From IMG/VR virus record IMGVR_UViG_3300001838_000086, positions 1 to 58,154 of that record: DNA of 58,154 bases. One strand, written 5' to 3'. The DNA comes from a virus (taxonomy: Duplodnaviria; Caudoviricetes). The notes under the pieces are model-generated. The model saw only the letters and a program-made list of their open reading frames with translations. It was not told the origin of the DNA and did not search any database. This document shows, piece after piece, positions 29,179-37,443 of the stretch. A program made the translations under genes and the position numbers. Positions within the stretch are counted from its first letter, which is position 1. Every line of letters begins with the position of its first letter.

Positions 29179-29365
29179 GAGAATAGAACCAACACTATAT
29201 CAGGCAGACAGTAAGTCTGACCCTGATCATAGTCATATCATATATCTAGATACCACTACTAATGAATGGATATGTGATTGTATCGGATATAAATACAGAC
29301 AGAGTTGTAGACATATCAAAGAGATACTATTAGATATAGGAGAAAAGAAAAATGAAACAAGTTAA
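29171..29365 (+). CDS. SWIM Zn-finger protein
   Basis: W.CDC.G..YRQSCRHI (CxC-xn-CxH). Confidence 0.8.
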   Translation: MIKRIEPTLYQADSKSDPDHSHIIYLDTTTNEWICDCIGYKYRQSCRHIKEILLDIGEKKNETS

Positions 29366-29501
29366 ATGTTCTCTATGCACTCAATCATTTATCATTGATA
29401 GTGATTTGGTAGATAGAATGAAAAGACATGAGCAATTCCATAGAGAGTATGGTGTAAAGAATCTAGTGCATGGTAATGTACAATGGAGTGTGATTGAATG
29501 A
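29352..29501 (+). CDS. C2H2-type Zn-finger microprotein
   Basis: Not in track; CSLC...HEQFH, 49 aa, fills the gap and is ATGA-coupled to next ORF. Confidence 0.6.
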   Translation: MKQVKCSLCTQSFIIDSDLVDRMKRHEQFHREYGVKNLVHGNVQWSVIE

Positions 29502-29683
29502 ATCTAACAGTCAATAGATTACGAACCTTTGATGAAGAGTTTGAATTGATAGATAAGAATCAAACCAAATGGAAAGTATATGAGATATGGGAAAAGATGA
29601 ATGAGTTCATGAATGATACTGATAGAAACAAATGGTTAAAAAAGACATTCAGCAACACACTAATTATATTGGGGGGTAGATAA
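29498..29683 (+). CDS. hypothetical protein
   Basis: Coupled ORF. Confidence 0.55.
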   Translation: MNLTVNRLRTFDEEFELIDKNQTKWKVYEIWEKMNEFMNDTDRNKWLKKTFSNTLIILGGR

Positions 29684-29687
29684 GAAC

Positions 29688-30197
29688 ATGAATATATTTG
29701 TGCTAGATAATAATCCCATATATTGTGCTAGGTATCATTGTGATAAGCATGTAGTTAAGATGATATTAGAATCTGCTCAGATGATATGCACAACACATAC
29801 AACAAATAAAAATAAAAATCTAAACTATACCATACCATACAAAGCAACACATATGAATCACCCATGCACTAAATGGGTAAGAGATTCATTAGGTAATTAC
29901 TTGTGGCTAATGGAATTAACTAAAGCATTGAATGATGAGTATAGATATAGATATAATAAAGATGTAGATCATAAGTCATGGTCTGCTATCAAAGATCTAC
30001 CGCTACCTAATATAAATAATATAGGTAGAACGTCTTGGGCTAGAGCTATGCCTATTGAATGTAAGATAGATAACACAGGTCAACGTGATACAGATGTGAT
30101 TGAATCATATAGAAACTATTACTCTACACATAAGAAAGATATACTATTCTATACTAAGAGAGATCAACCATCATGGTTATCACTAGGGGCGTATTAA
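29688..30197 (+). CDS. pyrimidine-dimer DNA glycosylase / endonuclease V-like protein
   Basis: MNIFVLD..HCDKHVVKMILESAQM..HMNHPCTKWVR..YRNYY signature. Confidence 0.8.
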   Translation: MNIFVLDNNPIYCARYHCDKHVVKMILESAQMICTTHTTNKNKNLNYTIPYKATHMNHPCTKWVRDSLGNYLWLMELTKALNDEYRYRYNKDVDHKSWSAIKDLPLPNINNIGRTSWARAMPIECKIDNTGQRDTDVIESYRNYYSTHKKDILFYTKRDQPSWLSLGAY

Positions 30198-30260
30198 ACT
30201 TGTACACGGAATCGCAGAAAAAAAACAGTCTTTCATTAGAAAGGAATAGGGGGTGATAGA

Positions 30261-30605
30261 ATGGGAAAATATGTAAACAGACCAGAGAACATGAATGTCA
30301 TAGTAGCTGAAATGGCAGATATAGGAATACTAACCTATAATGAAACCAGAGATGGCTATTATATATCTAAAAAAACATCTAGTATAATGACTGATATGGC
30401 ACATGACCACTATCCATTAAAAATCGCAGACCTAGTTGATATACTAGTAGAATTTAATGTGAGAGATGAATCAGCCGTAATAGATTACGCACATGTGCTA
30501 TATCAAAGCATAAAAAAGTTTGAGAGAAAAAATGATATGCCGAATGGAATAATGGAGTCAATCAAAACTACAAAGAAGAGTCATACTGACGAGGCTTTAA
30601 AATAG
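30261..30605 (+). CDS. hypothetical protein (3' end overlaps hammerhead 1)
   Basis: 114 aa; GGGGTGA SD-like site upstream. Confidence 0.65.
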   Translation: MGKYVNRPENMNVIVAEMADIGILTYNETRDGYYISKKTSSIMTDMAHDHYPLKIADLVDILVEFNVRDESAVIDYAHVLYQSIKKFERKNDMPNGIMESIKTTKKSHTDEALK

Positions 30606-30633
30606 CCGAAACCAATTTTTATTGGTCTATGAC
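30580..30633 (+). ncRNA. type I hammerhead ribozyme 1 (predicted cleavage after C30627)
   Basis: Stem I GTCATA/TATGAC; core CTGACGA; stem II GGCT/AGCC; GAAA; stem III CCAAT/ATTGG; GUC cleavage triplet. Confidence 0.9.
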
Positions 30634-30778
30634 ACAATACAAAAGAATTGATAGGTTCAACCTCAAAGTCATGATTAATGATGATGAGGTTGCACATATG
30701 TTATCAGATGATGCTTTTGCAAAAATCTCTGATATTATATGGGAAGATTTGAATCTTTATGATGGAGTGAGACAATAG
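30629..30778 (+). CDS. acidic microprotein (49 aa) starting 1 nt after the ribozyme cut
   Basis: Not in track; MTQYKRIDRFNLK...DGVRQ*; fills the gap to the next ORF. Confidence 0.65.
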   Translation: MTQYKRIDRFNLKVMINDDEVAHMLSDDAFAKISDIIWEDLNLYDGVRQ

Positions 30779-30780
30779 AT

Positions 30781-31053
30781 ATGACATATGAAGATGACTC
30801 CTATGGTATAGAAGAACAGGACAGAGAATTAATGATGAGATGCTCTGCTTATATGCCACAATGGGTAAAAAACATAGGTGAATATCTAGGTGAAAAGGCA
30901 AAGTGTTATGGAAGACCAATAAGAGAAGACGATTTATCAACAGAACACTTATACATGGATTGGGAAAACGGAAATCATGAATCAAGTAGATGTATAAGAT
31001 GTGGGTTGAGTGAAGACATAGATATGTCTAAACACTATGGAGATGATTGGTAG
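30781..31053 (+). CDS. hypothetical acidic protein
   Basis: TAGATATG junction; H..CIRC. Confidence 0.6.
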   Translation: MTYEDDSYGIEEQDRELMMRCSAYMPQWVKNIGEYLGEKAKCYGRPIREDDLSTEHLYMDWENGNHESSRCIRCGLSEDIDMSKHYGDDW

Positions 31054-31055
31054 AT

Positions 31056-31328
31056 ATGAAGAAAGAAATAAGTATGACGACATTAGGCAAGTGGGCAAAA
31101 GACGGTGAAGAAGTTCACTTCATAGACACTCCAAATGGTAAACTAGTGGTATTCAATCCACATAGATTCGTATGGAATGCATATGGTAGAGAGTCAGTTG
31201 ATAGGGATAATATACTATCAGATGAACAATGGTGTGACTTCATATCAGAGAGTAGTATATATTTAGAACTACCTGATGATGCATTTCAAGATCAGCTTGA
31301 AGAATACTTGAAGGAACAGGAAGAATAG
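31056..31328 (+). CDS. hypothetical acidic protein
   Basis: TAGATATG junction places ATG at 31056. Confidence 0.6.
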   Translation: MKKEISMTTLGKWAKDGEEVHFIDTPNGKLVVFNPHRFVWNAYGRESVDRDNILSDEQWCDFISESSIYLELPDDAFQDQLEEYLKEQEE

Positions 31329-31330
31329 AT

Positions 31331-31618
31331 ATGACAAAGAAAGTATTTTGGAAAGGAAAACTAAAGTGTCCTAATTGTAGGCAATACTCTGTAATAAGGG
31401 GTAAGTTTGGGGCTCATTGCACAAATAGATGTGGTATCAATGAGTGTGACAAATGTCTTTTGATAGACCATTCAGAAGAACTGATATGGATCACATCAGA
31501 TGACTTTGAACCACGAAGAAATGAACATGTCCCAGAAAAAGCATATGAGACATATGATGCACTATGTGAGGACTGCTATCTATCAATCCTAGTAGAACCA
31601 GAGGTGATATATCCATGA
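31331..31618 (+). CDS. Zn-finger protein
   Basis: Four Cys pairs. Confidence 0.65.
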   Translation: MTKKVFWKGKLKCPNCRQYSVIRGKFGAHCTNRCGINECDKCLLIDHSEELIWITSDDFEPRRNEHVPEKAYETYDALCEDCYLSILVEPEVIYP

Positions 31619-31803
31619 TAGAATTACTAAAAGGTGAAGGTGAAGTCCCATTACTATGTCCTATATGTGAAGCAGATATAAATCAGACTGATGAAACATG
31701 GGAAGGTGGATATATGATAAGAGAGTTCACTTGTCATGGTGATGGTCATCATAGATTCACAGAACTATGGAAGCCTGTTAATTGGCAACAGGAGGAACAA
31801 TAG
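31615..31803 (+). CDS. Zn-ribbon microprotein (paralogue of 32281-32445)
   Basis: CPICEADI...R.F.CHG...H.F.E. Confidence 0.65.
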   Translation: MIELLKGEGEVPLLCPICEADINQTDETWEGGYMIREFTCHGDGHHRFTELWKPVNWQQEEQ

Positions 31804-31805
31804 AT

Positions 31806-32111
31806 ATGGGATATATTGTAATAGGATTGGGATCAATAACCTACAGCGGAAAAAAGACTAACGAAAACCTAGCATATAGATACATAAAGAAAGTCTTTGA
31901 AGGATCTAAAAACGAATACTTCAATATCAAACATGATAAGTGTTCTCATACATTTGAAATGTCTGGAAATAAAGGAATAGATTATGAAGACATGGATAAG
32001 ATACAAGATTTCCTACATTCACTAAGAGTGAAGTATGAAATAGTTGTCAATGAGTTTGTTGAATCTGGTGACTATGGATTCTATGTTAACTCGGAGGATG
32101 GATATATATGA
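31806..32111 (+). CDS. hypothetical protein
   Basis: TAGATATG junction preceded by GGAGG. Confidence 0.6.
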   Translation: MGYIVIGLGSITYSGKKTNENLAYRYIKKVFEGSKNEYFNIKHDKCSHTFEMSGNKGIDYEDMDKIQDFLHSLRVKYEIVVNEFVESGDYGFYVNSEDGYI

Positions 32112-32278
32112 CAAAGAAACTAAAGTTCATAGTCACATTTGCACCAATAGAAATTGAAGCCAGCTGTGGTGCTTTTGCCATAGAAGAAGCAATAGATACA
32201 TATAAGGAAATGATAGAAACTAAAAACTCTTTTTATTGGAGTGATATAAAATTCGAAAGAATTGAGGAGGAAGAATAG
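32108..32278 (+). CDS. hypothetical microprotein (56 aa)
   Basis: Not in track; MTKKLKFIVTF...; ATGA overlap and GGAGG upstream. Confidence 0.6.
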   Translation: MTKKLKFIVTFAPIEIEASCGAFAIEEAIDTYKEMIETKNSFYWSDIKFERIEEEE

Positions 32279-32280
32279 AT

Positions 32281-32445
32281 ATGACATCAGTGTTAAAATG
32301 TCCTATATGTGAGGCAGACATAGACTGTGAAGATGTTGCAGATGGAATAAACATAGTGAGGATATTCTTTTGTCATGGAAAACCACAACATCAATTTGAT
32401 GAAATAGATATGTATATGTGTTGGGATGAGGAACAAGAGATATGA
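32281..32445 (+). CDS. Zn-ribbon microprotein (54 aa)
   Basis: Not in track; LKCPICEADIDC...RIFFCHGKPQHQFDE. Confidence 0.65.
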   Translation: MTSVLKCPICEADIDCEDVADGINIVRIFFCHGKPQHQFDEIDMYMCWDEEQEI

Positions 32446-32771
32446 AGATAGATATATGCACTAAGTGTGGTATAGAGTTTTGGCTAGGTGACAGCCAAGA
32501 TGGTAAATGCCCCAGCTGTTTCCAACAAGAAGTTAGAAAGAGTGAGGAAACGGAACGAGCCACAAAATACAGATATGATTGTGGTATATGTGGTGGCATT
32601 TATTGGATACCAGAAAGAGAAGATGAATGCCCAAAATGTAAAGACAGTGAATATGAAGAACAAGAAATCACAGAGTATAAATATGAATGTGGCGACTGTG
32701 GTTGTTATTATTGGGTTCTAGACAGAGACGAATTTGAATGTCCAAACTGCAAAGATAAAGAGTCATACTGA
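32442..32771 (+). CDS. triple Zn-ribbon repeat protein
   Basis: Three CxxCG..(F/Y)W....CPxC units; stop TGA lies in the hammerhead 2 core. Confidence 0.75.
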   Translation: MKIDICTKCGIEFWLGDSQDGKCPSCFQQEVRKSEETERATKYRYDCGICGGIYWIPEREDECPKCKDSEYEEQEITEYKYECGDCGCYYWVLDRDEFECPNCKDKESY

Positions 32772-32816
32772 CGAGCCTTTATATTAGGCGAAACCAAATT
32801 TATTTTGGTCTATGAC
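32762..32816 (+). ncRNA. type I hammerhead ribozyme 2 (predicted cleavage after C32810)
   Basis: Stem I GTCATA/TATGAC; CTGACGA; stem II GCCT/AGGC; GAAA; stem III CCAAA/TTTGG; GUC; compensatory changes relative to copy 1. Confidence 0.9.
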
Positions 32817-33045
32817 ACAAAAACAATATGAAGTCGAATTTACCAGAGAGAATGTATCAACATTAACTTTGGTAGTCGAAGCAAAAACAGAAGAGGAAGC
32901 AATTAAAATTGCTAGAAACGAATCATTATCTGATTTATTTAAAGATAATAATTCCTCTCCTCAAAACAAAAGTATAGTAGAATATGATGTTAGCACAGGT
33001 GGGTATCAAATATACTTCAACGGTGCTAATGAGGTGGGACAATAG
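32812..33045 (+). CDS. small protein starting 1 nt after the ribozyme cut
   Basis: MTQKQYEVEF..VEAKTEEEAIKIA, a common phage small-protein pattern. Confidence 0.7.
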   Translation: MTQKQYEVEFTRENVSTLTLVVEAKTEEEAIKIARNESLSDLFKDNNSSPQNKSIVEYDVSTGGYQIYFNGANEVGQ

Positions 33046-33047
33046 AT

Positions 33048-33158
33048 ATGATAAGTAGATGTTTCAAATGCAAAGATAAGTTTGAGCATAGGTTTGTCAA
33101 CACTCATGTATGCCCAGAATGTGAATGGCAGAAAGCCATGAGAGGTAGAAGACTATGA
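33048..33158 (+). CDS. Zn-ribbon microprotein (36 aa)
   Basis: Not in track; CFKC...CPEC; TAGATATG junction. Confidence 0.55.
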   Translation: MISRCFKCKDKFEHRFVNTHVCPECEWQKAMRGRRL

Positions 33159-33526
33159 TGTTGAGTTGTGACTATGTGCCAAAAGAAGATGCCATTGAGT
33201 ATTGTATAGAGAATCACGAGGAAGCTATGATAGATGCTGTAAGAGAACACTATCGTAAAGAAATAATAAGCGACCTAGTGACATACAATAGAGATGAAGT
33301 TGTCAAGGCACTAAATCAAACCAAAACGCTTAAGTATAGGATATGGTATAAGAAAACATTGAAGCAGACAGGAATGCCTATCTGCGTACAAGATGTAGCC
33401 ACAGGTCTTATAACCTTTACTAACGAATTTAAGTTAGAGGGTTGTGAAATAAGAATCGCCTTTGAGAATTCTCATGGTGCTTCTAAAGCTTGTGGGGCAA
33501 CGACTATATTAGAGGTGTATGTATAA
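33155..33526 (+). CDS. hypothetical protein
   Basis: Coupled ORF. Confidence 0.6.
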   Translation: MMLSCDYVPKEDAIEYCIENHEEAMIDAVREHYRKEIISDLVTYNRDEVVKALNQTKTLKYRIWYKKTLKQTGMPICVQDVATGLITFTNEFKLEGCEIRIAFENSHGASKACGATTILEVYV

Positions 33527-34437
33527 TGAAATCGAAAATGAAAGAGACACGAATAGAAATCCCAACACAGACTATAAACTTCGAGCAGTACGACCCAAGA
33601 AACCTTGTTAATTGGGGTGAGTATATAGAAGTTGGTGATGAGATGAAACTTCTAGAGATGAACATCAAAGAAGCTTCAATCCCATATATTATAGAAGGTG
33701 ATAAAGGGACAGGCAAAACCCTAATGGTGCATACAATATGTAGGAAAAACGGATATGCTCTATTAGAATACAGTTGTTCTAATGGAACAAACAAAGGTGA
33801 CTTGATAGGTAGAGTTCAGATAAATGAGAATGGCTCATTCTTTGAACTAGGTATACTACCACTAGCCTATGAGATAGCAAATCACTTTGGCTTCTGTGTT
33901 CTATATCTTGATGAACTAAATGCAACAGAGCATGAGGTCATGAAGTTAATGAACAGACCAACAGATAAGAGGCGTTCTGTATTTGCCAATGGAAAACTAT
34001 ACAAGCTCAATGAGGGTTGTAAGTTAGCCATAGTGGGAACTATGAATCCACTAACATATGCAGGGGTTAATTCTCTAACAGAGGATTTGAGAAGTAGATT
34101 CATAGGTGATATAATCACATACCCAACATCAAAGCAACTACAAACAATCATATCTTGGGAAGGCATACCAGAGGAATCTGTGAAGAATCCTTTGCTACAA
34201 TTAGCACAAGAGACAAATGCATTGAGAGTCAAGGGTGATATAGATTATGTCTTATCGCCTAGAGATATTGACCAATTCTGTGAGCACTATCGAATACTCT
34301 CTAAGAGTAAAAAGTTTGAAGAGCCACAGGTATTGAAGTATGCATTGAAACAAGTTGTCCTTGTTAAGTATGCAGAGCTAGAAGAAAGAGAACTAGTCAA
34401 ATCTAGAATAGTAGATATATTCGGAGTTGAAATCTAG
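33526..34437 (+). CDS. MoxR/CbbQ/NirQ-family AAA+ ATPase
   Basis: Walker A GDKGTGKT, DLIG, Walker B LYLDELN, GTMNP, LRSRF, SPR. Confidence 0.9.
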   Translation: MKSKMKETRIEIPTQTINFEQYDPRNLVNWGEYIEVGDEMKLLEMNIKEASIPYIIEGDKGTGKTLMVHTICRKNGYALLEYSCSNGTNKGDLIGRVQINENGSFFELGILPLAYEIANHFGFCVLYLDELNATEHEVMKLMNRPTDKRRSVFANGKLYKLNEGCKLAIVGTMNPLTYAGVNSLTEDLRSRFIGDIITYPTSKQLQTIISWEGIPEESVKNPLLQLAQETNALRVKGDIDYVLSPRDIDQFCEHYRILSKSKKFEEPQVLKYALKQVVLVKYAELEERELVKSRIVDIFGVEI

Positions 34438-36159
34438 ATGGCACGAGATAGAGAAATACTCTCAGATAAAGAAATGATGAGAAGTGTTCTAGATATTGTA
34501 GAGTATCTAAAGGATTGTAAGGTCGGTATAACATTCTTTAGTGGTGAAAACTATGTAAAGAATACTATCGAAACCCCCAACATTTTTACTATTAATATAG
34601 CTACGCCAGCAATACCAAACATTGACAAGTATACAGCGTTAGCTCATGAGTGTGGACACATATTAGGTGAGACACCTATGAGTGCATGTAAGAAGTTATT
34701 AAATAGATGGGTAAAAGAATTCAAATATAATGATGGGACAACGCCATTAGTTAAGAGACTATACTCTTATTATTTCTCATGTTTTAATGTGATAGAAGAC
34801 CAGAGAATAGAATACTATGTAGCTAATTATCTATGGCGAAATTACATAAAGAAGTTTAACACGACAAGACGAAAGCTTGGTGAAGATATGCAACATGCAG
34901 ATAGTCCTATTGAATGGTTATTAGCAGAGAGATTCATAAGACCTGAACTAGTTCCTAATGAACATAAGGAAATAATTTCAAGTGTTATAAAGAATGTGCA
35001 AGGCACTAGTAAGTGGGGGGCATTAAAGATGATGGTCATTCTAAAGCCCATACTAGATGAATGGTTTAAGAGAAACTATGAACTCATAAATGAAACGCCT
35101 ATAATCCCAGAGACATTCGGTAATGAGAGAACAGCTGAACACATTAGACAAGACATACAAAATGCTGGTAGACAACATGATGATAGTGAGATGGAACTAA
35201 CTGATGACTTTGGTGAAGACATAAAAGAGATGATGGCTAGTGGTAGTAGTATTGAAGAGATACTTTCAGATGATAAGCAACAACAGGCATATGAGATAGA
35301 AGAACTACAAGAAAGAATGTCACAGATAATCAAACCACAGTTAAGAAGAGAGTTCAAATATGTGGATAGAAAAGCAGTAAAGACTGAGATAAGATACAAT
35401 CATGATTTAGCTCTTGGTCTTAACAAACTATTCAGAAAAGTTAGTGAGAAGTGGAAAGATGACATTGATTATACAGGAGAGGAAGTTAGTGTTGAAACAT
35501 ACATTGAGAACTTGGTGCAGGGTAAAGATAGAACTAAGTCAATGGTCTCAAAGAAATTAGATAAGGGTCTATCAATACTATTATCAATAGATGCTAGTGG
35601 GTCAATGGACTTCTTAGATAAGATAGATAATGTGAGGGCACTAGTGAAGACTCTATACAAATCAATAGAAAATATAGATAACATAAATCTTAGTGCAGTT
35701 GTCTGGTCATCAGATAGCAACGGTATAGTTGGCATACAACACATAGATAGTATAAAAGATATAGAAAAGATAGCGACTATCGGTGGGTCAAAACTAACAC
35801 CAACTCATCTTGCATTAGAATATTCTTCAGAAAAACTAATGAAGATGAAAGGTAGAAAGAAGTTATTGATAATGATAACTGATGGTATACCAGAATATAG
35901 AAGTAATCAGTTTCTTATACCAATAGGAAACATGATTAAGATGTGTAAGAAGTCTTATGCTTATGCAAGACGAAAGACACCCAACATGGTATGCTTGTTA
36001 ATATCAGATAGGTCATCATCAAGAACTAGAAACACTTCACCATATACAATCATGAAACAAATCTTTGGCAAAAAGGTTATAAATTGTAGTAATGTCAATG
36101 ATGCAAGTGAAAGAGTTATTAAAGAGTTCAAGTTTAATGTATTGAGGGCACTACAATGA
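34438..36159 (+). CDS. VWA (MIDAS) domain protein with N-terminal HExxH, CobT/NorD-like partner
   Basis: LAHECGH, FNVIEDQRIE, DASGSM, TPT, ITDG. Confidence 0.88.
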   Translation: MARDREILSDKEMMRSVLDIVEYLKDCKVGITFFSGENYVKNTIETPNIFTINIATPAIPNIDKYTALAHECGHILGETPMSACKKLLNRWVKEFKYNDGTTPLVKRLYSYYFSCFNVIEDQRIEYYVANYLWRNYIKKFNTTRRKLGEDMQHADSPIEWLLAERFIRPELVPNEHKEIISSVIKNVQGTSKWGALKMMVILKPILDEWFKRNYELINETPIIPETFGNERTAEHIRQDIQNAGRQHDDSEMELTDDFGEDIKEMMASGSSIEEILSDDKQQQAYEIEELQERMSQIIKPQLRREFKYVDRKAVKTEIRYNHDLALGLNKLFRKVSEKWKDDIDYTGEEVSVETYIENLVQGKDRTKSMVSKKLDKGLSILLSIDASGSMDFLDKIDNVRALVKTLYKSIENIDNINLSAVVWSSDSNGIVGIQHIDSIKDIEKIATIGGSKLTPTHLALEYSSEKLMKMKGRKKLLIMITDGIPEYRSNQFLIPIGNMIKMCKKSYAYARRKTPNMVCLLISDRSSSRTRNTSPYTIMKQIFGKKVINCSNVNDASERVIKEFKFNVLRALQ

Positions 36160-36422
36160 ATGAGAAAAACAAACTAATAAAGAAGATTATGGGTATTGAG
36201 AAACAGATATTCATAAGAGCCTCACTATCAACAGAGGAAGAACTACAAAAAAGAGATACTGATAACTTGAAAAAGTATTATCGTTCTTGTGAAATAGTAA
36301 AGGAAACAAGTAAAAACATAATACCAGATCATGCTGAATGTTCTAAGTGTGGAAGGTTTCTAGCAAAGATAGAAGCACCACAGGGAATCTGTTATGATTG
36401 TGAGGGTAAGAAATGGTTCTAA
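36156..36422 (+). CDS. Zn-ribbon protein
   Basis: CSKC...CYDC. Confidence 0.6.
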   Translation: MNEKNKLIKKIMGIEKQIFIRASLSTEEELQKRDTDNLKKYYRSCEIVKETSKNIIPDHAECSKCGRFLAKIEAPQGICYDCEGKKWF

Positions 36423-36637
36423 GTGATAGGGAAAAATACCTAATACATAAATCCATACTTACTTTAATGGCTAGTCTTGGTCAACTACCAGATGGATCAT
36501 TAAAATTAATTCTACCTAAGATTATGAATATGAGATGTAGAAAATTAACACAGGCTGAAGTGACAGAATTAAATGATGATTTGTTAGAAGAGTTCATGCT
36601 CTCCACAGGATTATACAAAGACTTTAATAATATATAA
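36413..36637 (+). CDS. hypothetical protein
   Basis: Coupled ORF. Confidence 0.55.
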   Translation: MVLSDREKYLIHKSILTLMASLGQLPDGSLKLILPKIMNMRCRKLTQAEVTELNDDLLEEFMLSTGLYKDFNNI

Positions 36638-36669
36638 ACACCTAAATATCACGCCCAGAATATAAAGCT

Positions 36670-36852
36670 ATGTGTAGAGGCGTTTGTAGTACTTTTGAAA
36701 AAAAACCAGAAAAAAAATTTCATTACTGTCAGGGTTGCAGTAAAAGAATTTCTGAAGAAAATTTATTCCGAGAAAAAAAACAAGGTCGTTATAGATGTAA
36801 ATGTTGTAATGGATTGGTTAGAGTAAAGTATATCATTTATAAATTAAATTGA
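36670..36852 (+). CDS. Zn-finger microprotein
   Basis: CRGVC..CQGC..RCKCC. Confidence 0.6.
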   Translation: MCRGVCSTFEKKPEKKFHYCQGCSKRISEENLFREKKQGRYRCKCCNGLVRVKYIIYKLN

Positions 36853-37071
36853 TTCCTCAGCCCATGCCATAGCGAATATAGCTTTCTCTTCTTGGTCATC
36901 ATCTAGTTCTTCGTCTAAGTTATCTATTGCTAGATGTATCACTTCATGTTGTATAGTCTTATAAATATCTTCTATACATTCATGACCATCTAAGTAAACA
37001 ATTATTCTTTTAGTTGAAGGAAAGAACACGCCTCTGTCTTCTCCACCTACACGGAATAATATGTACGCCAT
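36844..37071 (-). CDS. mini zincin-like protein
   Basis: TIQHEVIH (HExxH) with downstream EE. Confidence 0.6.
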   Translation of the reverse strand: MAYILFRVGGEDRGVFFPSTKRIIVYLDGHECIEDIYKTIQHEVIHLAIDNLDEELDDDQEEKAIFAMAWAEESI

Positions 37072-37197
37072 AATGCACGTAGAAAGGTTTTAATAATAAA
37101 GATTTCCCTTCTATTCAGGCACAAATCTGTACACCAAAAAACGCAGAAATGAAGTTTTCAACAAAAAGTCTATATATCTTTGATGTTTACGTAAATT

Positions 37198-37443
37198 ATG
37201 TCTGATAGTACTGAAAGTTGGAGTGAATATACCCCAGATTGGACTAGAATTAAAAAATTAGCAGAAAATCTGGATAAAGCCTTAGATGATGGTATAAAAG
37301 ACGGTATGAATTTTATTGAAATTGATATTGCTTTCTATATGGTCAAAGAAAAACTACAACAAGAAAAACATAGAGTTTTAACAGAAACTTTTGAAGCAGA
37401 AAGTATAAAAGAGACACAAAAGAACAATCAGTTTTACGGATAA
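37198..37443 (+). CDS. hypothetical protein
   Basis: TATATAT box upstream of ATG. Confidence 0.6.
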   Translation: MSDSTESWSEYTPDWTRIKKLAENLDKALDDGIKDGMNFIEIDIAFYMVKEKLQQEKHRVLTETFEAESIKETQKNNQFYG

